Counted from the first letter of the stretch, positions 11,301 to 25,051 are shown. The stretch is DNA of 64,000 nucleotides from Ascidiella aspersa (GCA_963924565.1 OZ004608.1:6448001-6512000); one strand, 5' to 3'. Numbers and translations: made by a program. Notes: a model not told the origin generated them from the sequence alone.

Positions 11301-12741
11301 CGCTGCCTTTCCTGCTTCCAGTGTGTTGTCAACTGTAACACAGCAAGCTAAATTTATTATGTAGAGAGTTCATTCTAGCTACCAATGAAACTCTGCTTGC
11401 AAAATAGTCTAATTGTCCAATACCGTAGGATAATAAGGAGATATTGACTTATACCTAAGGATGAAATGCAAAGGTACCTGTGGAATAAGTTTGAGTGACG
11501 GTGCCAATGTTTGTTGTTATATTTGTTCCAAAATCGCCTTTGTTTTGATCTTTGAACAAAAGTAATAAATTTATAGAGTTTTACGAGTAACACATTTTTA
11601 ATCTTTATTGTCCCATCAACACGTAAAATACAATAAGGAGGACATTTGAGCATTTAGTGTTTTCGGAGGACCATTGAGTTTATTTAGAAAAGAGGGCATA
11701 TTATAGCCCTACCGTACTCATAAAGCATTCTATTTAATAACAACACAAACATTTCATATAATTTCCAAACTTATAAACGTTAACCGTAACTTAAATTAGT
11801 CAGTGAATAAATACTGCTGTTTGGAAAATTATAACGTTCGGGCCAAACGCTTAAAAATTGTGTTATTTAAACACTAGTAATTATTTTTGAGCAAGAGTTA
11901 CATTCGCTCATATCGTAAGATTTTTGTTTTTAGTCAACACTTTGAAATCGCATAGTATCTAAATACCGATATGGCGAATTAAGTACAACAGCAAACCTAC
12001 CTGTTGAAACGAGACTAGCTGTTGGAACATCGAACGTAGTTCGATCAATCTCACTTTTGGAGACATCAAATCCAACGTATGACGTTGAAGTTAACAAGTT
12101 TAATGATCTTTGTGTTGTTGATGACACAGCTGTGGTGGTAGTAGCTTCATCTATGTGTTAAGTCAAATAAATAGTCAAATGAAAATACACGTTATGCCTA
12201 ATTTCAGTTGATTTAAGTCGTGGCAGATTTTCTTACCAATTTTTCGTTGGCAAATGAACCCTTCTTTTCTATTGCACTGTATATCAACCCACAGATAGTC
12301 TGGGCCATCTTCCATAGCTCCGCACTTCTCGTTGTCAAAAATAGAGGCGCTTTCCTCGCCAGGGGCCCACTTGGTATAATTTAGAAGTGTCCCATCCCAC
12401 CATTTAAATTTTCCACCGGTTTTGTGTAATCCGATATAGTAAGTCTTTAGATTTCCTAAACAGCATCGAATTATTAAACAACGACATTTCGTGTAATTAT
12501 AGCTGTTGTGCGTTTTTATACCTTTGGTGCTGTTAAGTTGCTTTGCTAAGAAAACCTGAATATCGGGCGTGTCAACTTTCGCCAAAGTTCCATTCATTTT
12601 AACACAAGCATCCGAGGCTTCCTTAAAGTTAAGTCGCCTGCTTCTTTCGATATAGTATTCAAATTTACCATGCCGCTGCCAAAGAGCTGAAGAACTTTCG
12701 GCCAACGCAAACACAGTAAGGGTATAAACATACATCTGCAT
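8385..12741 (-). CDS. Type I transmembrane C-type lectin-like receptor B1 (non-EPN CTLD; tail ends in hemITAM-like QDEAGYITLNA*)
   Basis: Exons 12741-12522, 12455-12237 (WAPGEES..WVD), 12150-12001 S/T stalk, 11332-11212 TM (ILAASICGVVLLCCAVIVIAVLCIR), 9504-9458, 9074-8952, 8482-8385. Last exon has a 4-nt deletion relative to paralogs giving an early stop. Confidence 0.82.
9559..10618. mobile_element. Non-autonomous hAT-like element with a nested MITE (9859-10236)
   Basis: Subterminal inverted TGTCAATTGACCGGTCA / TGACCGGTCAAATGACA, TSD GATCAAAC/GATCTAAC, absent from the A intron. Inner element CAGGGTGGCCCAAC..GTTGGACCACGCTG has TSD ATTTAGAA. Copies also at about 48164-49170 and 59206-60263. 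Confidence 0.75.
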
Positions 12742-13804
12742 TTTAAACAAACCATAAACCCAACTTATAGCAATGGGAAATTTGCAATATCTAATTTACC
12801 ACACAAAAGGTTCAACCAGCAGTTATTGCCCTCACAACTGATACAAAATGCCAGTTTTAATTTGAAAGGGTTTCCCGCTTCGAACAATACATGCTCCTTT
12901 TTTGACCTAAACCGCTGCGACATGCAGCGTGTCATGACGCGGAAGTTTCTATAGAGTTGAATATACAGTACGATTGGCTATGTTGAAACAAAGGCTGAAT
13001 CATATAGTTTCGGCCCAAAGACAATGAAAATCGTCAGACCAGCTTCTCTTTGTCAAGACAAGGAAGCGTTTTAATCTTAAAAGAGTAAAGAAAGTGGTGT
13101 TAATAATAATGTAATGCACAGTTACTTAGCGGTCGACGATTGAATTATGGATCATGCTAAAATAGACATATGCAATCATATCTGTCATTGGTTACTCATT
13201 GCATGCTTCATGTAGTTTGGATGTAAATATTAACAGATCACACGCCTTTTTTTACATTGTTTTATCGTGTGTTTCTAAACTGGATCGTTTTACAACATTG
13301 TGAGAAAAACACGACTTGAACCCTTTTAGACAAATAAAATCTATACTCCTAAAACTATTGTTGGTTTGCCAAATCAACTTTCCGGGATCTTGTTGGAACA
13401 AATGACCTACGTAGATTTGCGATATACTTTAAATTTAATTAAAATGGGGCTCCAAAAATGGCGGGCTCAATGTTGTGAAGAAATATAATGGTAACAGATT
13501 AACCTCGATTTATAATCATAAAGCAATTGCTGAAAAGCATTGTTTAGGCTAACTTTATTTTAGTTGGGATAAAGATGGTTTTGGTTTGTTTCAAGTTATA
13601 ACCCTTGCATTAGTTTTGCACTAACAAAAACATTTATACTGGACATTAAAGCGAATAAATCGCGATCTGTAATGAATAAAGGGTTATTCGAAACGTTTAA
13701 AATGCTACCTACTTCTGTGTGGGCTTTAATATTCTTATTACGTCTTACTACAACCTCCAACCATTATGCTCCAAAATGCAACTCTTTTTTGTTCATTAAA
13801 TTAG

Positions 13805-13945
13805 ATATTCATCGGGAACTGGGATTGGCATGGTCACAAGGTCAACAAGTTCCCTGAGCCAATTTCAGCACGCTACTTTCGACTGGTTCTGGTTGCTTTC
13901 AGTGGTGATTACCCTCGTCTTAGATTGGAATATCTCAAATGCTAA
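13805..13945 (+). pseudogene. Duplicated F5/8C terminal exon (partial copy lacking the LCCL exon)
   Basis: AG acceptor followed by IFIGNWD..PEPISARYFRL..LRLEYLKC*; lies in the duplicated block 13343-16365. Confidence 0.65.
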
Positions 13946-16863
13946 AGTGAAATGGTGTCAAAAACTAAAACGACATAAATTTTTTTTGAAATTATTTAAC
14001 TTGATTATTAAACGAATTGAGCATAGCAATATGATTTAACAAAATATATAGCAAGCTTTATAAAATTGTCTTTAAGTTGATCAACTTTGTCTTTGTTTAA
14101 AAACAAATATAAATAATTGAAGATCCTTCAGTTGTTGCAATTGCTTTAGGCGCTATTGACACCCGAGTTATTAGGTTTGCAATTCACCACAAGTAAAACA
14201 ATAACGTTTATTGTTAGTTTTATTGTCTAATTTTTTTATTTTGAAATATTTTTTCGGGCGCGGTCAAAGATTTTTTTATAATAAGGCCTGGAGAACTGTT
14301 AAGATTGAAGATTGCCTGCCAAAACGTTGTATTGAGCGTTATCAATATTTATTCTGAGCTTCATAAAAGTGACGTTTAGTTTTATATTTCATAAAAATCA
14401 ATCTTATAAATAAATCCGATAAACATTTTGTTAATATATCATTAATAACCGCATTTTAGAATTATTAGGGAGGTAATTTGGTGATCCCTGGTATTGTTAA
14501 TCGTTTTTCTTTCGTCATTTTCTGTTATCGTTTGTTTATTTAACATCAATCTTCTTCCAACTTTCCTAATTTAAAACTTATTTAAAGGTAAATTATTCAT
14601 GCCGATATTTCAAGGTAAATTCTCTCGTTAAAGTTTGTTCGGTGTTTATTTATAATAACGTGTGTTTGAAACTCAAAAAAATGAAGTATATTACGTTTAA
14701 TAGACGTTCTTATTTACCAAGATTCATCTCTAATAGTTTTCATTCACCCTATTTTTCGATCGTATATTAAATTTTTAGGAATATATGATCGTTTTTGTAT
14801 ACCTTAATCTTACTGTTACGCCGCCCGCCGTGACCTGCGCACTGGGGCCTGGCCTCTGACCCCATACATTTGCCCGGCGGGTCGTAACCGCGTGAGTTCT
14901 TGTTGTTTGCAAAGGCTTCTGGTCAGATATGCTACCTGTCATAACCACAACTAAAATTCCAATCAAAAGTATATTGTTACAACGAATTAAAACGTTATCA
15001 AATAGCATTAGTGAACGTTATTTTCAAGTTAATGTGAGACAGACAGCCACCGCCTATTGCAGCGACTGTCGGCTAAAACTTCGCAAAAGACTTCTCTAGA
15101 AAAAAGCTCAAAGCCGCTAAGAAACGACATGTATATAGCCAATACGTAGAAAGAAAAAGAACACGAAAGTTACGTCATATTTGGCCAATAAGACTGGCCG
15201 GCACTCTGAAAACATGGCTAGGCATTACAGCGGCCATTCTAAGGCCAAATTGCAGCGGGAGTAAGAGGCCAGCAAAACAAGTGGCTTGTTTTGCAGAACG
15301 CGAGAACATCGCCCACAAGACTGACAGTTATAGATTACGAGTTAAAGGTTACATGTCAAGTTTGAAACGAGGCGAGAGAACGCAATACGGAAAACTTTAC
15401 ATCAAGAAATATTATATTATTCAACCAATAATACATTTGATTATGCGAAAGCTAGAATCTAAAGCCCTATTTAAAAATTCTTAAGATTACTTAATACTAC
15501 ATGAACTCTAAAATTTGACTTATTGCAATTAACTAATTTGGGTGTTTAAGTGTTGATAAACACGTAACACTTACCCTTGATATTAAAACACTTTCCTATT
15601 ATTAATTAAATGAATTTAGATTTATGGCTTTTTTGAGGCTTTGTATTTAAAGTTTATAGCTAAACCCATTTTACCGATGTTTAGAGTAGCTTGCTCTAAA
15701 CTAAAAATTGTTCTGATATTTAAAAAGCCGAGCGTTTCATCTTTAATTAAATGAAATTTTTGTCTCTTCGGGCAGTTGCAAGTTGTAAGAGTCCGAATAT
15801 AAATATCTAATAACTTTTAGTTCATTTATTCGATTCATTTTTGATTTGCTGATTTACAGTGAGCTAGCATTTTAAACAAACCGTTCATTTATGGGCCGGC
15901 TTTGAATTTTGCTTTTCAGCACAGTTAATTTTGTTTAAAGTTTGCTTTCTTTTTAGAAATTAATTGTTGAAAAGTAATTGCGATATGCATTTAATCTTAA
16001 ATATTGTTAGAATTTATTCGAAACGTTCATAAATATGAAATCCATTTCCGCATAGCTTTTGATTATAATTTTTAGGTGAACTTTCCTAAAACTTTTTACA
16101 CATTTTTAACAAGTCAATGTCAGTTTTTATCTATTGAATTTCATTGATGTGTTTGCTGTAGTCGTAGTGTGGTGTTAAATGCATTATATATAGAACTTTA
16201 ATAAAATATATACGCACTGTTTGTAAGATAAAAAAAAGTTATACTCGCAGGCTTTCAGAACTGAATACCAGATAAAAACGACCATTTAACATTATTAATG
16301 TTCTTGCTTTTGTAATTATAAAATCGGTTTGTATTTCTTTCAAGTAAAATAACGAACGTACACGCAAATCTGAGTGGTCTTGTTTTTAGACAAAACCAAG
16401 TAAAACTTGCCTTTACTTCCTAATATGTTCCGCGTAAAAGTATGCAAGGATTTGAACAGCCTTTAAAATGAAAGACACATACACATTTGTGATTATTGCA
16501 ACTGTGATCTTGCGAAGTACACTAAATATTGCCTCATCAACAATCTGTTTTCCAGTTTTTAGTTCCAACTACTTAAGAAATGTAAAATACTGTAAAATGA
16601 TTAATAAACTATACATAAACAATGTAAATATACGGTGCGAAAATATGCAAAAAGAGTCCAACTCGTCGTGGTTATGATATCACAGTTGAAAACAAAATAA
16701 TATTAAAGACACATATGGTTATGCAAAACATGTAAAAACTGTAACATTCACTGAACCCAATCGTCATTTATTTTAATAAGTAATCAATAAGTTTTACGCT
16801 GTTTAATTTTAAAATCGAGGGCACTTAATTATGCGTAAACGTTCTTGAATTGATAAAAGGATT

Positions 16864-19593
16864 TTATACCATTTCGTTGCTAATTTCTGCCTGGTCCTTC
16901 TTGAATTTATCATACAAAGGATTAGCTACCATTTCGTTGCTAATTTCTGCCTGGCCATTCTTGAATTGATCATACAAAGGATTGGCTACCATTTCTTTGC
17001 TAGTTTTCGCAGGATCATTTTTGAATTTCTCGTATAAAGGATTTGTGACAATCTCTTTTTCGCCATTTGTTTCGACAGGCACTATGAAGCAAAAAATATT
17101 GTCATAAGTTGTTTATTAGTAAAGGTATGGCTAAGTTGTTTAATAGCAAACTACTAGTTAAGGGTGGTCCTCGAACGGATTCATATAACATTACGAAAAA
17201 AAGTTGATTAGCTCAGTTTAAACTTTTTTATAGCTACCATTAAAGCTCATCTGAAACGTAGTTCTTGTTTGGGCGCAATAACCGTTGTACTTTAAAATTA
17301 TTAAAAACTTGTTTCTGAATTCCGTAAATGACCAGTACAGAGTTTGTCTAACCTTTTGGTATTCCTGAATAAACCACTTGGCCTTCCAGGTTTATTCTTA
17401 AACCGGTTTTTGTTGGGTCTTCGTTTGTATTATCTGGAAGAAACAAACCAATTGTTTTGTAATACATTAACGTCTTGCAACGTACCTAATTCGCATACAT
17501 TAACCAAGCAACGTACCTAATTCGCTTTTTGCTGATGATGTAGACCGTTTTCGTGATTTTCTGCAAAGGCAAGACAAAATGTAAAAACAAAATCTTCCAA
17601 ATTTGATGCTAATCAATTTATATCTATACTGACTGTATAAAACCCTAACAGATGATATTTATTTCCTTGTCAGCAATATTTCTCCGCAAGTTTGTAAATC
17701 CTTGCAACCAAAAATAAATATGTTGGCTTATATAGAGCTTGAATAACTTATTTTTTCATTCGACTTTGTTTATATTACGTCACTTGGATTAGTTGAGTTT
17801 TATTAAAAATAAATTATTCAATTATTCACTATTTACTAATAAGTTCAAAGTGTAGTTAACTCGAAGAGTAAAATAAAACTACTGACACCAAGCTATTGAA
17901 AGAAAAAAAATTAGTTGCATTGACATTCATTCCTACAAATTCAGCCCCGGTTAACCAAATTCAGTTGCTGTCTGCCAGATCGTGATTCGCAAAACACGAT
18001 TCGTAGATGTGTAACAATATGCGAGACACTGTTGGGTCGTATGGTTTTAGACATAGCTTCTTGATTTGGCAAAACTGTATATAGACTAAGTCTATTAGCA
18101 TCGCTTCTGCCAATGAGCACTGCTAATTTGTACATTATGGTGTACTTTACCAACCTTATGCAGAGCACGGCAATCACAATCATTGCACAGCAAAGCAGCA
18201 CAACCCCGCAAATCGATGCTGCCAGTATGGTAGTTTGGTGCTGCGCTGCCTTTCCGGCTTCCAGTGTGGTGTCAACTGTAACACAGCAAGCAAAATTTAT
18301 TATGTAGAGAGTTAATTCTGGCTACCAATGAAACTCTGCTTGCAAAATAGTCTAATTGTCCAATACCGTAGGATAATAAGGAGATATTGACTAATACCTA
18401 AGGATTAAATGCAAAGGTACCTGTGGAATAAGTTTGAGTGACGGTGCCAATGTTTGTTGTTATATTTGTTCCAAAATCGCTTTTGTTTTGATCTTTGAAC
18501 AAAAGTAATAAATAAGAGTTTTACGTGTAACACATTTTTAATCTTTGTTGCCCCATCAACACGAAAAACACAAAAAAGGAGGACATAACTTATAAACGTT
18601 AACCGAAATTTAAATTAGTCAGTGAATTACTTCTCTCTATAAATATTTCTGTTTGGATAATTGCAACGTTCAGGTCAAACGCTTAAAAATTGTGTTATTC
18701 AAACACTAGTAATTATTTTTGAGCAAGAGTTACATTCGCTCATATCGTAAGATTTTTGTTTTTAGTCAAAGCCAACAATTAACCTCACCACTTTGAAATT
18801 GCATAAAGTATCTGAATACGGATACGGCGATTAAGCTGAACAGCAAACCTACCGGTTGGAACGGTACTGGCTGTTTGAAAATCGGAAGTAGTTTGTTCAA
18901 TCTTACCTTTGGAGACATCAAATCCATCGTATGACGTTGAAGTTAACAAGTTTAATGATCTTTGTGTTGTTGATGACACAGCTGTGGTGGTAGTAGCTTC
19001 ATCTATGTGTTAAGTCAAATAAATAGTCAAATAAAAAAACACGTTATGCCTAATTTTAGTTAATTAAAGTCGTGTTAGATTTTCTTACCAATTTTTCGTT
19101 GGCAAATGAACCCTTCGTTTCTATTGCACTTTATATCAACCCAAAGATAGTCTGGGCCGTTTTCCATAGCTCCGCAATACTCGTTGAACAAAATAAAGTT
19201 GATTTCCTCGCCAGGGGTCCACTTGGTATCATTTAGAAGTGTCCCATCCCACCATTTAAATTTTCCATCAGTATTCTGTAATCCGATATAGTAAGTCTGT
19301 GTGTTTCCTAAACAACATAGAATTATTAAACAACGACATTTCGTGTAAATATAGCTGTTGTGCGTTTTTATACCTTTGGTGCTGTTAAGTTGCTTTGCTA
19401 AGAAAACTTGAATCTCGTTCGTGTTAACTTTTGCCAAAGTTCCATTCATTTTTTCACAAGCAATCGAGGCTTCCTTAAAGTTAAGTTGCCTGCTTCTTTC
19501 GATATAGTATTCAAATTCACCATGCCGCTGCCAAAGAGCTAAAGAACTTTCGGCCAACGCAAACACAGTAAGGGCATAAACAAACATCTGCAT
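16864..19593 (-). CDS. Type I transmembrane C-type lectin-like receptor B2 (ITIM VVYSGI plus 3x NPLY tail)
   Basis: Exons 19593-19374, 19307-19089, 19002-18853, 18275-18155 (TM), 17560-17517 (RKSRKRSTSSAKSEL), 17433-17353 (..EGQVVYSGIPK), 17081-16864 (60-nt repeats encoding NPLY). All phases are compatible. Confidence 0.83.
16867..17052 (-). repeat. Coding 60-bp tandem repeat (3 x EMVANPLYDxFK..)
   Basis: Visible in both DNA and ORF 16864-17082. Confidence 0.9.
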
Positions 19594-20291
19594 TCTAAAC
19601 AAACCATAAACCAAACTTATAGCAATGGGAAATTTGCAATAACTAATTTACCACGCAAAAGGTTCAACCAGCAGTCATTGCCCTCACAACTGATATAAAA
19701 TGCCAGTTTTAGTTTGAGAGGATTTCACGCTTTGAACAATACATGCTCCTTTTTTGACGTAAACCGCTGCGACATGCAGCGTGTCATGACGCGGAAGTTT
19801 CTATAAAGTTGAATATACAGTACGATTGGCTATGTTGAAACAAAGGCTGAATCATATAGTTTCGGCCCATAGACAATGAAAATCGTCAGACCAGCTTCTC
19901 TTTGTCAAGACAAGGAAGCGTTTTAATTTTTAAAAGAGTAAAGAAAGTGTTGTTAATAATAATGTAATGCACAGTTACTTAGCGGTCGACGATTAATTTA
20001 TGGATCATGCTAAAATAGACATATGCAATCATATCTGTCATTGGTTACTCATTGCATGCTTCATTTAGTTTGGATGTAAATATTAACAGATCACACGCCT
20101 TTTTTTACATTGTTTTATCGTGTGTTTCTAAACTGGATCGTTTAACAACATTGTGAGAAAAACACGACTTTAAATCTTTTAGACAAAGCTAAAAAAACGT
20201 ATTTTTTATACTTAAAAGGATTCCATAACGCAGCCTTTCTGTAATTACAGTCCTCGTTAACCACAAGAACGAATAACTGTATGCTTTATAC

Positions 20292-20598
20292 CAGTGGTCC
20301 TCAAGAGGGGTGCCGCGGCAACCCGGGTGCCATTTGTAATGCCCAAGTGTGCCGAAAGATATTTTAAAATCTTTAAGAATCTGATTTTTGCTGAACTCAC
20401 AACTTTGTATGTAACATTAGAGCGTAATAATGAATCCAATTATAACTTTCTTCGTTATGTAGAGTAAATGTGTTTTGTTTCAGTTCCGTTTATTGAAATT
20501 TCCAATGAATTACTTGCGAAAAAATCCTTCTAGGGGTGCCGCAATCTATTTGTTATTACTGAGTGGTGCCGCAAACCATAAACCGTTGGGAAAAACTG
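20292..20598. mobile_element. hAT-like MITE
   Basis: CAGTGGTCCTCAA / TTGGGAAAAACTG ends, TSD CTTTATAC/CTTTTTAC. Confidence 0.7.
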
Positions 20599-22696
20599 CT
20601 TTTTACCTACAGATGGTCAACGTTTGTAGAACCTAATTGCATTTTGTTAGAGAGCATCAAAATTCGAAAAGAGTGAAGAAAACGTAAAATTGTAGCGGTT
20701 AATAAAAGTACAACATGAAAGCGCAATTTTAATTATTTACCATGACGCAAACGAGATTCACAGCATAAAAACTTCTTGTGCAATTACAGTCCGTTATAGA
20801 ACACAGTCGTGAAAAGGGTATAACGACAATACATCACGGTTTGCTTTGTTTGCCTTCTTTTAATTAACACAATTTAGCAACATACAATTATTGCTATACA
20901 CTATGTACTAAGCTCGAGGTAACGGACAATGCTGAAGATCTATCGCAAGCGCTCAAGGATACAACTTTCTGTTTTCTATATCGAAACATTTTAACCATTA
21001 TAAAACACAGCTGTCATTCTTCGGTATGCAAAATCTTCGGGATGCGTTTCACATATAAGGCGATAGTTTTCGAAGTTGTTCATCTATTGTAAATAATGTC
21101 ATCATATAGTACGAAGACAATAAAAATAACAAAAAATTAAAATATTTAGATATATTATTTCTAAAATTCAAATTTAAAATTTATTATGCTATCCAGATAC
21201 ACCATATTGAAAAAAAAAACACCATTTTTTTGGTATTTTTTGTTAAATTCAAAATATGTTTCTATAGTGTTAGCATCGTATTATAGATTAAAAATACAAA
21301 CGATTCAACCGCTTTGCCCAACAAGTAACTGCAGCCTGCTTTATTTTTCTACGTGCACTAAGCACACCCAGTCAATGTGTTCAGTCCTGATTCTGGTCGG
21401 CACATTCCGGCGCGTGTAAATGGACAGACTCCACGTTTGTCGACTTGTTAACTTCTGAGCTTGCAGTTTAGACATCACCGTAAACAGCCACCTCCATTGC
21501 TTCGCTTACTCTATCGCTTTCTACAAGCAAGAAGGGCGAGTTAAATTCAGGCAGTTGAAATGCCTACTTTTAAATACACCAGCCTCTTCGGTTTTAACCA
21601 CTTGCGAGACTATTTAAATCTTTGGTCAGTTCAAACGACAGTCTATTAAGCGCCCAGATTCCTATTATGTAAATAGGTTTATTGTCAAGGTACTGCTGAC
21701 ATGGCTTAGCCCAGATTTTTCAAACAAAACAGTGCCTACATGAGCGGCGTTAGCTTACATAAAATTTGCATGAATTAGTCGTCGTGAGATTGAAAAGGAG
21801 CCGCCAAAACAAGAAAATAAACTATTATCCTTTCAGTAAAACATATTATATGGCCACATTCCTTGATATCAGGGATATACTTTTTAGAGTTGGGAGTTAC
21901 GCAGGAGTAATTTAAAAAAAATGGAAATAACAACAAAAGATTTAGTTGCTTTGATTCAAAAATACTCCCTTTTAGTGAAAACGCAAAATTTGTTTTACAG
22001 CAAAGAACATGTAGCTAAAAATAAAACAATATTAAAAATGAACTACTGGCTTAATTTGTTAAATAATGTACCCTTACCGTAATTGATTTGATTCGAAATG
22101 TTAATGACTTTTACAGCGATATTTACAGACAGTGATTCTGGCGCGTCGTTGTTGCTGAACAAAAATCAAAGGTTTTTCGTTAGTTTTCGTGTAGCCTAAC
22201 ATACAAACAATTTACAACTGAGGATAAACTTCATGTTGAGGCCAGTCACCAGAAAATGTAAGTAACGTCGGGTAAATCTTAGTTCCATTTCTTAAAATTG
22301 CTCTATTTTCCAAGAGTACCTCTCCTGGTTAAATAAGTTGAAATATGACTTAGTAATACTGTATAGCTTAATGCCGAAGTAGACTATAGAAACTACGCAA
22401 AGTTGATTCACTATTTATTAAGGAAAATATCGTAGCTTTATACTAACCAATATAAACGACCCAAAACAACGGCCATCACAATTACAAAAGCCAACAGAAG
22501 GGATATTGCTATCACTGCAATCACAGTGTGGAATGTTTCGAATTCATTCAGATGAGAGCCTTTAAAAGAAATCTTGATTAAATTGCGAAGACTTTCATTT
22601 TTATGCACGAGTCGATTCCGTTGACAATATTAAACGATAAAGCTATAAAAATAGGCTTTTCACAGCCAAAACAAACTTTCAAGGAACACCTTAAAC

Positions 22697-23229
22697 CAGG
22701 TGTGTCCAACAAGCGGCACGCGTGCCAAATGTGACACGCGACCTAATAAACAATGGCACGCGAACCCCCCTCCAAAACCCTAAAATTGTTATTTAGCCAA
22801 TTGTCAAAAAAGTTCAGTTTGTTATTCAGCCAATTGTCAAAAAAGTCCAATTTGTTACTCCGCCAATTGCCAAAACATACTAAATTTGTTATTCATCAAT
22901 TACCATTGTTTTGTCACCTATAAAACAATCGCGGCAATCACAACTATAACAATTACTTTTGATATTGTAACATTATACTGTATAGTGGAGGATAGCATTT
23001 ACATATTTATATAGCGTGGTGTGAAGAAGCAAAAGTCAGCTCACCGACGAACACTTAACCACAATATTGCAAATTCCTACTGCACAGTTTCTCATGTGTA
23101 AATAAACGTTTTAATTTTTGGTAAAAATGGCGCTTTTAAAATTAAAAGAATTGGTTAAGCAACTTTGGCACTGGAAGAAGTTATAAGATAAAAATTGGCA
23201 CGCCGGCATGTTTGAGTTGGACACCCCTG
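22697..23229. mobile_element. hAT-like MITE
   Basis: CAGGTGTGTCCAAC / GTTGGACACCCCTG TIRs, TSD CCTTAAAC/CCTTAAAT. Confidence 0.8.
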
Positions 23230-23936
23230 CCTTAAATCCTTACCACTGAACCAACCGATTTTCTTATCGGACCCGATCGCGATACGTTTGTCCCAAAATA
23301 TCGGTTATTGTTTTGCAAGCCTTTTAAACGCTACACCTAAAAAGTATTGCATCTCCATGCACTGCTGTCAATAACCAAATTATTTTTACAGCTTTTACTC
23401 GTGTGTTATTTTGCAAAAACAATGCAGGGGTTTTCACTTTCACACAGAAACAATTAGCGCCATCGCGTTAAGGCTAAGATATTTGAGTACATCAAAAAAC
23501 TTATTTATAACCAACAACTCAGTGGTGTAAAGGAGTTCCTCAGCGTAGATTTTAAATAATATTACTACAGTTTGATTTGGGCCTGTAAAAACGCTCTAAC
23601 TGAAGGATTTTTTAACGTTTTTGAATGTAGGGCCATAAATGAAAATTTTGGTTGGCGTAGAGTATTTAGAGATGAAGTCATAATTTGGCAATTTGACTTC
23701 ACAAAATAAGGGTAGTCTGGTAGTTTTTGTGCAAGACATGCAAAACAGAAATAGAGTCCAAATATATTTAAAAACAAATGAAATCACCAAATTGTTCTGT
23801 TTAAACTCTGTTGGGCTAAAAATGTATTCTGTTGTTTAAATTCGATACACCAAAATATTAAATACGCCTTTGTGGACCTCCCAAATCTTGCAACTACTTG
23901 TCCACTGGTGCAAGTTCAACAATCCATGCTCTAACA

Positions 23937-24247
23937 CAGTGGTTCCCAAAGTTTTTTGGCACTCGGCACACTAAACAAATCTTAACAATTTCGCGACATA
24001 CTTTTTTTTTTTCAAGAACCACAATAAAGTAATTTTACAATCGCCCTTAACACACGACAAACGATATGTAAATGTCTCTAAATTATTAATTTGTAATGAA
24101 TAGTACGTATTAAAGTACAAAATGCTTGCGTGTATGCCTATTGGTAATACAAATACTTTTTTTTCAATATTACAAAAGTTTCGCGGCACACTTGACAATC
24201 TCTAGAGGCACACTAGTGTGCCGCGGGACACAGTTTGGGAATCACAG
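23937..24247. mobile_element. hAT-like MITE
   Basis: CAGTGGTTCCCAAA / TTTGGGAATCACAG ends, perfect TSD CTCTAACA. Confidence 0.8.
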
Positions 24248-25051
24248 CTCTAACACATAGTAAAGAACACTTTATTTGTACTAATTTCATTTTGTATTTA
24301 AAACAATTAGTTAATCGTTGTTTTTAGAGCACACACCACTCAATTTTTGGCAAACGAAATTGCCGAGTTTGCCGCAATCTACATCTAACCAACTGAAGTT
24401 GAATCTTTTCTCCATCGCAGTGCATTTATTAGGTTTTTAATGAAGTGGTTCTCAATCTTTTATGGCTTACGGCACCCCTTAAAAAAAGAAAATCGATTTT
24501 CGGCACCCTTACTGGAATTTTTGTATTTTAATAAAATGTCGCTATAAATGGAACTGGAACAACACAATCAACTTAAAACATTTAGTAAAATATCATTTGG
24601 TATAATGGTCTCTAATCCTACACAAATAGTTCTATCAAAATGCCTACCAATTGAGCAAAAATTAGATTTTAAAAAATTCTTGAATATCTATCGGCACCCT
24701 TCAGCTAAATGAGCCACAAAAACATGTTTGGATGCCACACTTTTTTAAACCATGCTTGTCTATTTTTTCCGTATAAATACGTCATTTTGTTTTGAAACTG
24801 CTTTTATAATAATTACTTGGTATTAGGTACTCTCATTAGCGCCATCTAACGGCTGCTATACTAACTCTCTAGCACTACAAATATTCACTAAGCAATTTAG
24901 CCTTTGTAATCGCCTTGCTTTACGAATTAGACTTTAAACGTTTGAAAACAGATATGTTTGTTTACAATGATTTTCTAAGTGGACTTGAAACTTAAGTGAA
25001 CGCTACCGATAGAATTGCAAGTATTTCAAATCTTGTTTGTTTTTTATTCAG

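Larger units (their letters stand above)
22078..24443 (-). pseudogene. Degenerate divergent CTLD-TM receptor gene remnant (D)
   Basis: 24337-24443 encodes a CTLD C-terminus (PNKCTAMEKRFNFSWLDVDCGKLGNFVCQKLS, then GT donor) cut upstream by a MITE-like end. 22559-22448 is a phase 1-2 TM exon (TVIAVIAISLLLAFVIVMAVVLGRLY). 22154-22078 is a possible tail exon. The N-terminal exons were not found. Confidence 0.55.

Noticed and set aside
11170-11364. Conserved plus-strand ORF MSTANLY.. in three copies
   Set aside because: Antisense shadow of the TM exon within recent duplicates.
12175-12750. Single-exon 191-aa secreted lectin suggested by the ORF track (also 19075-19614 and 61822-62397)
   Set aside because: The ORF reads through a 66-nt stop-free GT-AG intron (12521-12456) at the same position as intron 1 of the paralogs, and past the exon-2 donor.
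14775-15484. ORFs in the GC-richer part of the duplicated block (also 26770-27400)
   Set aside because: No recognisable domain or splice structure; the copies are not consistently open.
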